Below the pieces are notes generated by a model. The model was not told where the DNA came from and made no database searches. It was given only the letters and a program-made list of their open reading frames with translations. The translations under genes were made by a program, and so were the position numbers. A stretch of DNA of 64,000 nt from Squalus acanthias (lineage: Eukaryota). The DNA is taken from contig CM059431.1 of the NCBI GenBank assembly GCA_030390025.1, forward strand, positions 135,844,001 through 135,908,000. The letters run 5' to 3'. Shown here in pieces: positions 1 to 12,381 of this stretch (within the stretch, counting starts at the first letter, position 1; every line of letters starts with the position of its first letter).

Positions 1-289
1 CTTGCGAACCGCATGCACCCCTGCGATACATGGGGCTCTGCCCGCGGGTACCCAGAGAGTCCCAGGATCGCAAGCCTCCATAAAACGAGCGTGCAGCAAA
101 CTGGCAGAGATGCTGTCAGCGCTTCTTAAAGGGACATACACATCTTTCAGGTAAGTTTGCATTTAAGTATTTAGACTGGATTTTTTATATTTTATTGAAG
201 TCGTGGCTTGGTGCAATACATGTTAAAAGCTTTTTTAAGCATGCAGAGAGTGCACAGAGTGTTGCTGGACATTTGCAAGACCTCTGAGA

Positions 290-352
290 AGATAGAAAAT
301 GCTGGAAATACCCAGCAGGTCAGGCAGCATCCATGGAGAGAGAAACAGAGTT
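290..352 (-). mobile_element. Penelope-like pseudo-LTR 3' fragment, cut by a Harbinger element
   Basis: AGAAAATGCTGGAAATACCCAGCAGGTCAGGCAGCATCCATGGAGAGAGAAACAGAGTT matches the pLTR ends at 17520-17580 and 51630-51690. Confidence 0.7.
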
Positions 353-355
353 CGC

Positions 356-2980
356 GGGCTGGATTTTACTAACCTCGGCGGGTCCGTGGCGGGTCCCGGC
401 CTCGCTGCCAGCTCCAATCTGCTGTCCAAAATTATTTTCCCCTGATTAGGCTTGTTAAGCCTGCCCAGTGCATTTGCCGGCCAATTGAAGGAAGCGGGTC
501 TGATGATGTCATTTGATGACACGTCATCAGCCGTTCCCTTAAAGGAACCATGCGCAAATTGATTTTGACAGTGATGCTGTCAGTGTTCTACAACATTGAG
601 GTGCTGCAAACACTGATAAGCACTTCACAGAGGTGCACGGCTGCACCCTGGCTCTCCAATGACTCCCTCCACATGCTTATGAAGGGAGTCACAGCACGCA
701 GGGCAGTCCTCTTCCCTTTCCATGGGCGGAAGAGACCTCCCCAGGAGACCAACACAGCTTGGTTGCACATTACACAGGAGGACCAGGCTGCAGTGGCGCA
801 AACCTTTCAATGACCCAGTGCTAAACTCAGCGCTAAGGTCCAAGTTCACAGAGCATGACGTTAAGTCGGTCTGCATGCTGACTGAGGTCACGCTCTCCAT
901 ATTTGCATCTCCAGGGTCAGCGTTGCTATCGGCAGCGCTATGGCCCTCACCAAAATGGCAGCCACCAAGTCCCGCGCCAGAGAAGGGTGTTAGAGTGACG
1001 GCCCCCATTTGTTACCGGGATTGTGGCAGTAACTCGTGGCGGTAAGGTAGGGAATTTCTGGGCTCATGACTCTAGTTTCGGACTCTGGGGGCGATTTTGG
1101 CAGCCCTGGGGAGGCGGGTTTGGAGGCGGGACTACCGGGAAAATTGCAGAAACTGGGGGCGGGTACCCATCACGCCCCCAACCTGCCTCCGTGCCATCTT
1201 CCCAGGAGGCGGGTACCCGACCCGCGCCAGGTCCCGTCTCCTCAAGGCAGGAAGGGGATTACAGCCACTTAACTGCCTGTTAACAGGTAGTTAACAGGCA
1301 GTTAAGAGGATTATCCCCATTTTTCCAACAGAAGTGCGGGCTTCCCGACGTCGGAAAACCCCGCCAGGATCAGCGAGGCGAGCAGTGGGTCTGCGGGGGT
1401 CGGAGGGGTCAGAGGGGTCAAAAAATGCGCTGTGAGTGATGGGTGAAAGTGTGGAGAAGTAAGTATGTGAGGTGAGTGAAAAGTGTTAGAAAAAGTTTAC
1501 TTACCTTTGTTTCTTCCTGCAGGCTTCAATCGTTGGGGATTCGAAGGCTCCAGCATCTCCACGGCAGAGATGACAGAATGGCTGCTGCATTCTCTGATGC
1601 AACAGCCATCTGCTTTCTGCTCAGAAAATAGGTTTGGTGAGTCTTGAGTACAAGAACTCACAAAACGACAGAGAATATCAGTGTTTGATAGCTTCTCAAA
1701 GCTGTCAAATGATGACAATTCATCTGTCAAAAAATTTTGACAGATGAAACGTCATACACTGACGTCCTCTGTCACCGACTTTCACCTAATTGGCCTGCTA
1801 AGCCCACAGAGCGGGCTTAACAAGGTCAATCAAGGGAAAATAGCATGGGTTGGCTGGACGTCGATGGAGGCGGGACTAAAACCCGACAAACAGCAGTCCC
1901 ACCTCCATCACGTCCCCATTGGCAAAATCACCCCCTTAGAATTTCACATTGGGATTGAGAGTGAAATGCTTATCATTTTATGATCACTCTTCCCCAGAGG
2001 CTCCTTTACTATGAGATTACTAATTAACCCAGTCTCATTACTCAATAGAAGATCTAAAATAAAGCCACACTCAACCTCATCCTGCTGTGCCATTCATCAC
2101 ATTCCCATCACTCTGCCTTCACTACCCTACTCCTGCACAACCTTACTCACACCAACTTACCTTGTAGCTCCACCCATCCCTCTCTATCTACATTAGCATT
2201 TCCCTATCTCACTAGCCACCCCTCACACTCCCCCTCATCCTAGTGCAATCATACCAACCACCAACACACAAGGGTAGGCACTTGGGTGTTTTATGCAATG
2301 TTCATGTAAAGTTTCTGTAAATGTGGTATCAAACATTGAAACCTTTGCATTCTTGGACAGATTTGTGTGCACCTTTCGAAGTGGCTTAGTGAGTTGCAGT
2401 GAATGATGAGACATAACAGTACCCCCCACAATGGTGATGAGTGTGAAAGGAATGGCTTGGGCATTGTAGGGATGCTTTATGGTGTTGGTGTGGGGTAGTG
2501 CCAACCTGGTGCATCATGTGGCAGCCAGGGTGTACAGCATCAAGTGAAGCAAATCTGGCCATGGTGAGGCCATCCCTGGCCTCCCAGGCAACAATGTGGT
2601 CGAGTGCTGATGCTCTGTGTCCTGTGCAGCATCAGTTGATTGCGGAGAAGGTGGGTGTTGTTGTTGGTGCTGCTGGTGTTGGGGCTGATTGTGGTGGGAT
2701 TCTGAGAGAGTTTCAAGGGCACTGATGCTGATGGAATAGATGGCAGGTGAAGTAGAGATGACAGAAGCGATCTGTCAATGGTGGGAGAGGTAATGAGGTC
2801 AGACTGGATAGAGACTTGTGTAAAGACTTGCAGCATTATGAATCTGTAGTGGAAATGCAGTTTAGACAAGCTAATGGCTAAGGGAAGATATCTGATTCAG
2901 CTGGGAGCTTTGACTTTACATTTGAAGCTGTCAACTCAAGAGCTCAAACAATGGCAAGTCACCTCCCAACTCAGCTTTAA
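356..2980 (+). mobile_element. PIF/Harbinger deletion derivative (family A), interrupted by other TEs between about 816 and 2060
   Basis: Starts with TIR GGGCTGGATTTT. Myb/SANT-like remnant AAPWLSNDSLHMLMKGVTARRAVLFP at about 630-815. Segment 2061-2980 is colinear with the copies at 30362-31995 and 32678-35230. Confidence 0.75.
1087..1935. mobile_element. Non-autonomous Harbinger MITE (hairpin family)
   Basis: TIRs GGGGGCGATTTTG...CAAAATCACCCCC; interior homologous to 6158-7286 and 52856-53699. Confidence 0.8.
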
Positions 2981-5900
2981 GAGCTAAAGACTCCTATTTG
3001 GGAATTCTTTTTAATGTAATTTTTTTTCAGAAGGCAATTGAGCTGTAAGGGCTAAAACTGCCTATTTTTATTTTATTTTTTTCATTTTAGAAGGCAGTTT
3101 CCCTTTAAGGGACCAAACTGCACTCTAAAATAAAAGCCTTGCTTTAAGAGAAGGCTGTTCTTGCTGCAAGGACGCTACATTGGGGTCTCCTGCCATGACC
3201 AATGCCATGAAAACAGCCCTGCACGGTAAGTTTAGCGCTGAGTTAATGTTAATTAGTAACCTGCACCAATTTACTGGTCCTGCCAGTGCCATCAATTTTG
3301 GCAGCCATTAACTCTGGCCTGCGGTGGCACTGGCAAGTTTTTAGCCATCTCCAATTTCTAGGCCATAAACAAAGCCAATTACATAGGTATGAGGGGCGAG
3401 TTGGCTAAGGAGATTAGGAAATTAGAGTAAAAGGTATGACAGTAGATAAGCAGTAGCAAACATTTAAAGAAATATTCCAATTTTACTAAGCTGAGAAGTG
3501 ATTTAGCAAAAGTGGACTGGAAACAACTACTTGAAGGTAAATCAGTGTCAGAGCAGTTGGAGGCATTCAAGGAGGACATCGTGAATGTTCAGAGAAAATA
3601 TGTTCCCACAAAGAAAAATGGTGGGACTCCCAAATCTAGAGCCCCTGGATGTCAAGGAGCATACAGGGTAGGATGTGGCAAAAAAGGGAAGCTTATGGCA
3701 GATACCGAGAGCTAAATACTGCAGAAAGTCGAGAGGAGTATATAAAGTGCAGGGGTGAAATTAAAAAGGAAATTAGGAAAGCAAAGAGAGGGCATGAAAA
3801 AATATTGGCTAGTAAGATCAAGGAACACCCAAAGATGTTTTGTAAATACATAAAGAGCAAGAGGATAACTAAAGAAAGACTAGGGCCTATTAGAGACAAA
3901 AACGTAACCTGTGTGTGGAGGCGGAAGACGTGGGTATGGTTCTTAATGAATACTTTGCGTCTGTTTTCACAAGAGAGGGATGATGCAGACATTGTAGTTA
4001 AGAGGAGGAGTGTGACATATTAGATAAGATAAATATAGTGCAAGAGGAAATATTAAGGTGTTTAGCATCTTTGAAAGTAGATAAATCAGCAGGGCCCGGA
4101 TGAAATGTATCCCATGCTGTTAAGAGAAGCAAGGGGGGAAATAGCAGAGGCTTTGACCATCATTTTCCAGTCCTCTTGGCTACAGGTGTGGTGCTGGATG
4201 GCTAACGTTGTACCACTGTTTAAAAAGGGAGAAAGCAATAGACCAAATAATTACAGGCCAGTCAGCCTAATCTCGGTGGAGGGCAAATTATTGGAAAAAA
4301 TTCTGAGGGACAGTATAAATAGTCATTTAGAAAGGCACAGATTAATCAAGGTCAGTCAGCATGGATTTGTTAAGGGAAGGTCATGTCATAAGAACATAAG
4401 AAATAAGAGCAGGAGTAGGCCATACGGCCCCTCGAGCCTGCTCCGCCATTCAATAAAATCATGGCTGATCATCGACCTCAACTCCACTTTCCCGCCCGAT
4501 CTCCATATCCCTTGATTCCCCTAGAGTCCAAAAATCTATCTCAGCCTTGAATATACTCAAAGACTCAGCATTCACAGCCCTCTGGGGCAGAGAATTCCAA
4601 AGATTCACAACCCTCTGAGTGAAGAAATTCCTCCTCATCTCGGTCTTAAATGGCCTACCCGTTATCCTAGAACCCCCTAGTTCTAGACACTCCAGCCAAG
4701 GGAAACAACCTCTCAGCATCTACCCTGTCAATCCCCTTCAGAATCTTGTATATTTCAATGAGATCACCTCTCATTCTTCTAAACTCCAGAGAGTATAGGC
4801 CCATTCTACACAATCTCTCATCATAGGACAGCTTTCTCATCCCAGGAATCAATCTAGTGAACCTTTATTGCACCGCCTCCAAGGCAAGTATATCCTTCCT
4901 TAAATAAGGAGACCAAAACTGTGCACAATACTCCAGGTGTGGTCTCACCAAGGCCCTATACAATTGTAGCAAGACTTCCTTACTCTTATACTCCAACCCG
5001 CTTGCAATAAAGGCCAACATGCCATTTGCCTTCCTTATTGCTTGCTGTACCTGCATGCTAGCTTTCTGTGTTTCTTGCATGAGGACACCCAAATCTCTCT
5101 GAACACCAACATTTGAAAGTTTCTCAACATTTTAAAAATATTCTGTTTTTCTATTCTTCCTACCAAAGTGAATAACCTCACATTTCCCTACATTATACTC
5201 CATCTGCCACCTTACTGCCCACTCACTTAGTCTATCTATATCCCTTTGCAGACTCTTTGTATTCTCCTCACAGCTTACTGTCCCACCTAGCTTTGAATCA
5301 TCAGCAAATTTGGATACATTACACTTGGTCCCTTCATAAAAACGTAAGAAATAGGAGCAGGAGCAGGCCATTCGGGCTCTCGAGCCTGCTCCACCATTTA
5401 ATGAGATCATGGCTGATCCGATTTTGCCCTCAACTCCACTATCCTGCCCGCTCCCCATAACCCTTGACTCCCCTGTTGCTCAAAAATCTGTCTATCTCAG
5501 CCTTGAATATATTCAATGACTCAGCTTCCACAGCTCTCTGGGGTAAAGAATTCCAAAGATTCACGACCCTCTGAGAGAAGAAATTCCTCCTCATCTCCGT
5601 TCTAGATTCCCCCACGAGGGGAAACATCCTCTCAGAATCTACCCTGTCCAACCCTCTCAGAATCTTATATGTTTCAATAAGATCACCTCTCATTCTTCTA
5701 AACTCCAATGAGTATAGGCCCAACCTGCCCAACCTTTCCTCAGAAGACAACCCTTCCATCCCAGGAATCAACCTAGTGAACCTTCTCTGAACTGCCTCCA
5801 ATGCAAATATATCCCTCCTTAAATAAGGGAACCAAAATTGTACACAGTACTCTAGGTGTGGTCTCACCAGTATCCTGTACAGTTGTAGCAAGACTTCCCT

Positions 5901-6157
5901 ACTTTTATACTCCATCCCCCTTGAAATAAAGGCCAACATTCCATTTGCCTTCCTAATTACTTGCTGCACCTGCATGTTAACTTTTTGTGTTTCATGTACG
6001 AGGACACCCAAATCCCTCTGTATTGCCATATTCTGTAGTCTTTATCCATTTAAATAATATTTTTCTTTTCTATTCTTCACATTTTCCCACATTATACTCC
6101 ATCTGCCAAATTCATGCCCACTCACTTAACCTATCTATATCCCTTTGCAGACTCTTT

Positions 6158-7286
6158 GGGCTGGATTTTGATACTGGGGACATGATGGAGGCGGCAACAC
6201 GGTGGCATAGTGGTTAGCACTGTTGCCTCACAGCGCCAGGGACCCGGGTTCAAATCCGGCCACAGGTGACTGTCTGTGTGGAGTTTGCACATTCGCCCCG
6301 TGTCTGCGTGGGTTTCCTCCGGGTGCTCCGGTTTCCTCCCACAGTCCAAAGATGTGTGGGTTAGGTTGATTTGGCTATGATAAATTGACCCTTAGTGTTA
6401 GGGGGATTAAATACGTGGGGTTATGGGGATAGGGTGGGATATGTGTCGGTGCAGGCTCGATGGGCCGAAATGGCCTCTATCCCCACTGTGGGGATTCTGT
6501 GACTCCCACTTTTTGGGTTGTAGTCCCGCCTCCATCGACTTGTGGCCAACCCATTGCATTTTCACTTGATTGACCTTGTTGAGCCTGCCCAGCGAGCTCA
6601 GCAGGCCAATTAAGGGCCACCCGGCAACAGGTGACGTCACAGATTGACATTTCATCTGTCAAGAGCTTTTGACAGATGAAATATCAGCGTTTGACAGCTC
6701 TGTGAAGCTGTCAAACACTGACAATCTGTCTTCTAACTTGAGTCCTTCCTCTCAGGCTGAGTTAGAAATCATTCCAGCACAGAAAACAGAGGCTGCTGTT
6801 TTTGGCAGCTCCACGGCCATTCTGCTTTCTGTGCCGTTGAGATTTCTGACTCCCGAGACCTGAAGGGCTGACACCTGCAGGAGGAAGTTAAGGTAAGTAA
6901 AACTTTTTCCCGCACTTTACACTTACCTTACACACTTACCTCTGCACACATGCATTCATCACTCACCTGCCCACCGGACATATCGACCCCTCCAACCCCT
7001 GCAGACCCACGGTCCGCCTCGCTAACTTGGTGTGGTTGGGACCTGTCGGGAAGCCCACATTTCACGCATCAAAATAGGGATTAGGCAAAAAACTGCCTGT
7101 TAACTATCTGTTAATCCCCTTCCCGCCTCGGGGAGGCGGGTCCCAGCACAGGTCGAGTACCTGCCTCCAGCGAAACTGACATGGAGGCGGGTTGGGGGCG
7201 GGATGGGTTCAGGACCCCCGAATCTGCAACTTTAACCCCCCAGATGCCTCCAAACCTACCTCCACGGGTCAATGAAAATCCAGCCC
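6158..7286. mobile_element. Non-autonomous Harbinger MITE (hairpin family)
   Basis: TIRs GGGCTGGATTTT...AAAATCCAGCCC cleanly split a CR1; inverted homologue of 52856-53699. Confidence 0.88.
6191..6505 (+). mobile_element. HE1-type V-SINE (tRNA-derived, CR1 tail)
   Basis: A box TGGCATAGTGG, B box GGTTCAAATCC, V-domain GTGTGGAGTTTGCAC...GGTTTCCTCCCACAGTCCAAAGA, CR1-like tail GATGGGCCGAAATGGCCT. Confidence 0.9.
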
Positions 7287-10200
7287 TTAATGCCCTCCTT
7301 ACAACTTGCTTTCCCACCTATCTTTGTATTGTCTGCAAATTTGGCTACAATACAATCGCTTCCATCATCCAAGTCATTAATATAGATTGAAAATAGTTGA
7401 GGCCTCAGCACTGATCCCTGTGACACCCCCCTAGTTACAGATTGCCACCCTGAAAATGACCCATTTATCCCGACTCTCTGTTTTCTGTTTGTTAGCCAAT
7501 CCTCTATCCAATCTAATATATTACCCCCAACACCATGAGCTCTTATCTTATGCAGTAACCTTTTATGTGGCACCTTGTTGAATGCCTTTTGGAAATCCAA
7601 ATACACTACTGGTTCCCATTTATCATTACCTCCTCAAAGAACTCTAATAAGTTTGTTAAACATGATTTCCCTTTCATAAAACCATGTTGACTCTATTTGA
7701 TTATATTATGATTTTCTAAGTGCCCTGCTACTACTTCCTTAATAATGGATTCCAGCATTATCCAATGACAGATGTTAGGCTAACTAGCCTATAGTTTCCT
7801 GCTTTCTGTCTCCCTCCTTTTTTGAATAAGGGCGTTACATTTGCGATTTTCCAATCCACTGGGACTTTTCCAGATTCAACGGAATTTTGGAAGATTACCA
7901 CCAATGCATCCACTATCTCTGCAGCCACTTCTTTTAAGACCCTCGGATGCAAGTCATCAGGTCCAGGGGAGGGACTTGTCAGCCTTTAGACCCATAAGTT
8001 TGCCTAGCACTTTTTCTCTAGTGATAGTGATTGTTTTAAGTTCCTCCCTCCCTTTTGCCCATCGATTTTCTACTATTACTGGGATGTTTTTAGTGTCTTC
8101 TACTGTAAAGACAGATACAAAATATTTGTTCAATGCCTCTGCTGTTTCCTTGTTTCCCATTATTATTTCCCCAGTCTCATCCTCTAAGAGACCAACAGTT
8201 ACTTTAGCTGCTCTCTTCCTTTTTATATACTTGTAGAAGCTCTTACTGTCAGTTTTTATATTTCTTGCTAGTTTACTCTCATATGCTATTTTCTCCCTCT
8301 TTATTATTGTTTTAGTTATCCTTTGCTGGTTTCTAAAATTATCCCAAACTTCTGGCCTACCACTAATCTTTGCAATATTGTATGCTTTTTCTTTCAATTT
8401 GATACCATCCTTAACTTCCTTGGTTAGCCATGGTTGGTTCATCCTTCTCTTCGGTCTTTCTTTCTCACTGAAATATATCTTTGTTGAGAGTCATGAAATA
8501 TCTCTTTAAATGTCTGCCACTGCTTTTCTACCGTCTTACCTTCTAATCTATTTTCCCAGTCCACTTTAGCCAACTCTCTCCTCATACCTTTGTAATTGCC
8601 TTTATTTAAGTTTATTACTCTAATTTCAGACCGAAGTTTCTCACCTTCAAACTGAATGTGGAATTCTATCATGTTATGATCACTCTTCCCTAGAGGATCC
8701 TTTACTATGAGATCATTAATTAATCCTGTTTCATTACACATTACCAGATCGAAAATAGCCTGTTCCCTGGTCGGTTCCACAATGTATTGTTCCAAGAAAC
8801 TGTCCCAAATAAACTCTATGAACTCATCCGCAAGGCTGCTTTTGCCAATTTGATTTGTCCAATCTATATGAAGATTAAAATCGCCCACGATTATTGCAGT
8901 ACCTTTCTTACAAGCCCCCATTATTTCTTGATTTATACTCTGTCCTATAGTGTAGCTACTGTACTCATCTACGTCATTAATATAGATTGTAAATAGCTGA
9001 GGCCCCAACACTGAATGTTGTGGCACCCCACTAGTTACAGCCTGCCAACCTGAAAAGGATTCGTTTATCCCTACTCTGTTTTCTGTCCGTTAACTAATCC
9101 TCTGTCCATGCTATTATATTACCCCCAACCCCATGAGCCCTAATCTTGTGTAATAACCTTTTATGTGGCACCTTATCGAATGCGTTTTGGAAATCCAAAT
9201 ATACTACATCCACTGGTTCCCCTTTATCTACCCTGCTAATTACGTCCTCGAAAAACTCTAATAAATTTGTCAAACACGATGTCTGACTAACTTGATTGAA
9301 TTTTTTGAGGAGGTAACAAGGAGGGTTGATCAGGGTAGTGTGTTTGATGTAGTCTACATGGATTTTAGCAAGGCTTTTGACAAGGTCCCACATGGCAGAT
9401 TGGTCAGAAAAGTAAAAGCCCATGGGATCCAAGGGCAAGTGGCAAGTTGGATCCAAAATTGGCTCAGTCGCAGGAAGCAAAGGGTAATGGTCGACGGATA
9501 TTTTTGTGACTGGAAGGCAGTTTCCAGTAGGGTTCCGCAGGGCTCAGTACTAGGTCCCTTACCTTTTGTGGTATATATCAATGATTTAGATATCAATGTA
9601 GAGGGCATGATTAAGAAGTTTCCAGATGATACAAAAATTGGCTGTGTGGTTGATAGTGAGGAAGAAAGCTGCAGACTGCAGGAAGATATCAATGGACTGG
9701 GCAGGTGGGCAGAAAACTGGCAAATGGAATTCAATCCAGAGAAGTGTGAGGTAATGCATTTAGGGAGGGTTAACAAGGCAAGGGAATACACAATAAATGG
9801 TAGGACACTGAGAAGTGTAGAGGAACAGAGGAACCTTGGAGTGCATGTCCAGAGATCCCTGAAGGTAGCAGGACAGGTAGATAAGGTAGTTAAGAAGGCA
9901 TACGGGATATTTGCCTTTATTAGCCGAGGCATAGAATATAAGAGCAGGGAGGTTATGCTTGAACTGTATAAAACACTAGTTAGACCATAGCTAGAGTACT
10001 ATGTACAGTTCTGGTCACCACATTACAAGAACAATATGATTTCACTAGAGAGGGTACAGAGGAGATTTACAAGGATGTTGCCAGGACTGGAGAATATTAG
10101 CTATGAGGAAAGATTAGATAGGCTGGGGTTGTTTTCTTTGGAACAGAGGAGACTAAGGGAAGACTTGATTGAGATGTATAAAATTATGAGGGGCCTAGAT

Positions 10201-10885
10201 AGAGGGGATAGGAAAGACCTATTACCCTAAGCAGAGAGGTCAATAACCAATGGGCATAGATTTAAAGTAATTGGTAGAAGGATTAGAGGGGAGTTGAGGA
10301 GAACCTTTTTTCACCCAGAGAGCGGTGGCAGACTGGAACTCACTGCCTGAAAAGGTGGTAGAGGCAGAAACCCTCGTCGCATTTAAAAAGTACTTGGATA
10401 TGCACCTGAAATGCCGTAACCTACAGGGCTACGGACCAAGAGCTGTAAAGTGGGATTAGGCTGGATAGCTCTTTTTCAGCTGGTGCAGACACGATGGGCC
10501 GAATGACCTCCTTCTGCGCCGTAAATTTCTATGATTCTATAAAAATTCTCAATGAATATACATTCCATTGAGAAATAAAAAGTCCATGGAAAAAGTGATC
10601 CATCTGTGGCTAACTAAAGAAGTTAAGGATAATATTAGATTAAAAGAAGAGGCTTATAATGTTGCAAAGAATAGTAGTAAGCCTTAGGATTGGGTGCGCT
10701 TTAGAAACCAGTAAAGAATGACCAAAATATTGATAAAAAGGGAGAAAATAGAATGAGAGTAAACTAGCAAGAAATATAAAAACAGATTGTAAGAGCTTCT
10801 ACATGAATGTAAAAAGGAAGAGAGTATCAAAAGTTAGCGTTGGTCCTTTAAAGGATGAGACAGGATAAACTATAATGGGGAATGT

Positions 10886-11480
10886 GGTTCGCAAGCTCCC
10901 CTGGGATCATGTGGGTCAGCCCAAACAATTAGAACGGGGATTCCCATTATGCTTACGTACGGAATCCCCATAAGCTTAATAGGAATCACATAAAAAACAC
11001 ATGTACACAACCTTGAAATAAAAAAAGTAATTACATGTTTAAAATTAATTAAAATACAATTTCATTAAACATTTAAAACAAAAATATAATTTTTTGAAAA
11101 ATAAATTTAAACATTTTTTAAGGGGCCATAAATAACACAAACTTATTTTACAGGTTTTTGAATGTTAAAATGATATTAAAAAATGTATTTTGATATTTAT
11201 TTTCACCCTTACACTGGTAAAAGAAGACCTTACGCCTGCTTTTACCAGGCATAAGAGTTTCATGGGCATTCGGTTGGCAAGAGTTGGGCAAATAGCCCAA
11301 CTCTCTGCCAGCGGATGTCCATTTCCCGGGATGTGGAGGATCTGTCAAGAAGATTCTTAACAGATCGCAAGTTCCGGGTTTTCACGCATGCGCAGCCCAT
11401 GCGTAAACCCGGAACTTGCCAGGCAATTATGGCTGCATACGCACCGCGTACATGGTCATAGGCCATGGAAAATCCAGGCC
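10886..11480. mobile_element. Harbinger-type MITE fragment
   Basis: Ends AAATCCAGGCC; subterminal GCGTA/TACGC palindromic motifs; interrupts a CR1. Confidence 0.55.
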
Positions 11481-12381
11481 AATATGATTAGGCACAGTCA
11501 ACATGGTGTTATAAAAGGGAAATAATGTTTAACAAATATAGAAAGTTTTGAGGATGTAACTAGCAGGGTCGATAAAGGGGAACTAGTGGATGTAGTATAT
11601 TTGAATTTCTAAAAGCCATTCGATAAAGTGCCACATAAAAGGCTGCTACGCAAGGTAAGGGCTCATGGGGTTGGGAGTAATGTATTAGCATGGATAGAGG
11701 TTTGGTTAACAGACAGAAAACAGAGACAGTGCTATCAAGCGGCACTTACTCATCAATAACCTGCTCACTGATGCTCAGTTTGGGATCCGCCAGGACCACT
11801 CAGCTCCAGATCTCATTGCAGCATTATTCTAAAAATGGACAAAAGAGCTGAATTCCAGAAGGGAGGTGAGAGTGACTGCTCTTGACAGCAAGGCAGTATT
11901 TGACCGAGTGTGGCATCAAGGAGCCCTAGTAAAACTGAAGTCAATGGGAATCAGGGGGAAAACTCTCCACTGACTGGAGTCATACCTAGCACAAAGGAAG
12001 ATGGTTGTGGTTGTTGGCGGTCAATCATCTCAGCCCCAGGACATCGCTGCAGGAGTTCCTCAGGGCAATATCCTAGGTCCAACCATCTTCAGCTGCTCCA
12101 TCAATGACTTTCCCTCCATCAGAAGGTCAGAGGTGGGGATGTTCGCTGATGATTGCAGTGTTCAGTTCCATTCGCAACTCCTCAGATAATGAAGCAGTCC
12201 ACGCCCGCATGCAATAAGACCTGGACGACACTCAGGCTTGGGCTGATAAGTGGCAAGTAACATTAGTGCCACACAAGTGCCAGGCAATGACTATCTCCAT
12301 CAAGCTAGAGTCTAACCACCACCCCTTGACATTCAGTGGCATTACCATCGCCAAATCCGCCAACATCCTGGGGGTCACCAT

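Larger units (their letters stand above)
5338..8964 (-). mobile_element. CR1 LINE (endonuclease C-terminus to 3' tail), interrupted by a MITE
   Basis: VGDFN and KSDHNMIEF (APE), GNYRLVSLTS, KFADNTK, LVRPHLEYC; 3' UTR stem-loop. Confidence 0.9.
4388..9278 (-). mobile_element. CR1 LINE 3' part (pieces 4388-5337 and 8965-9278)
   Basis: Tail repeat CATAAGAA; RT motifs KFADDSK and LVRPHLEYC; TCAT duplicated at 5334 and 8965. Confidence 0.9.
3481..10540 (+). mobile_element. CR1/HER1-type LINE, 5'-truncated (pieces 3481-4387 and 9279-10540)
   Basis: ORF2 motifs [41 protein letters not shown]; 3' tail ATTCTAT; ATGTC duplicated at 4383 and 9279. Confidence 0.9.
3365..11728 (+). mobile_element. Old CR1 LINE fragment (pieces 3365-3480, 10541-10885, 11482-11728); outermost host of a nested stack
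   Basis: Degenerate ORF2 linker/RT; the sequence joins across the insertion (AAATATTCCAA / AAAATTCTCAATGAATATAC). Confidence 0.7.

Noticed and set aside
6191..6265. tRNA gene (also 52735-52810 and 38130-38197)
   Set aside because: The A and B boxes belong to SINE heads that run directly into SINE bodies.
9354..9932. Long antisense ORFs over CR1 RT (also 7841, 25596, 60089, 62530)
   Set aside because: Shadow frames of CR1 ORF2 with no independent evidence.
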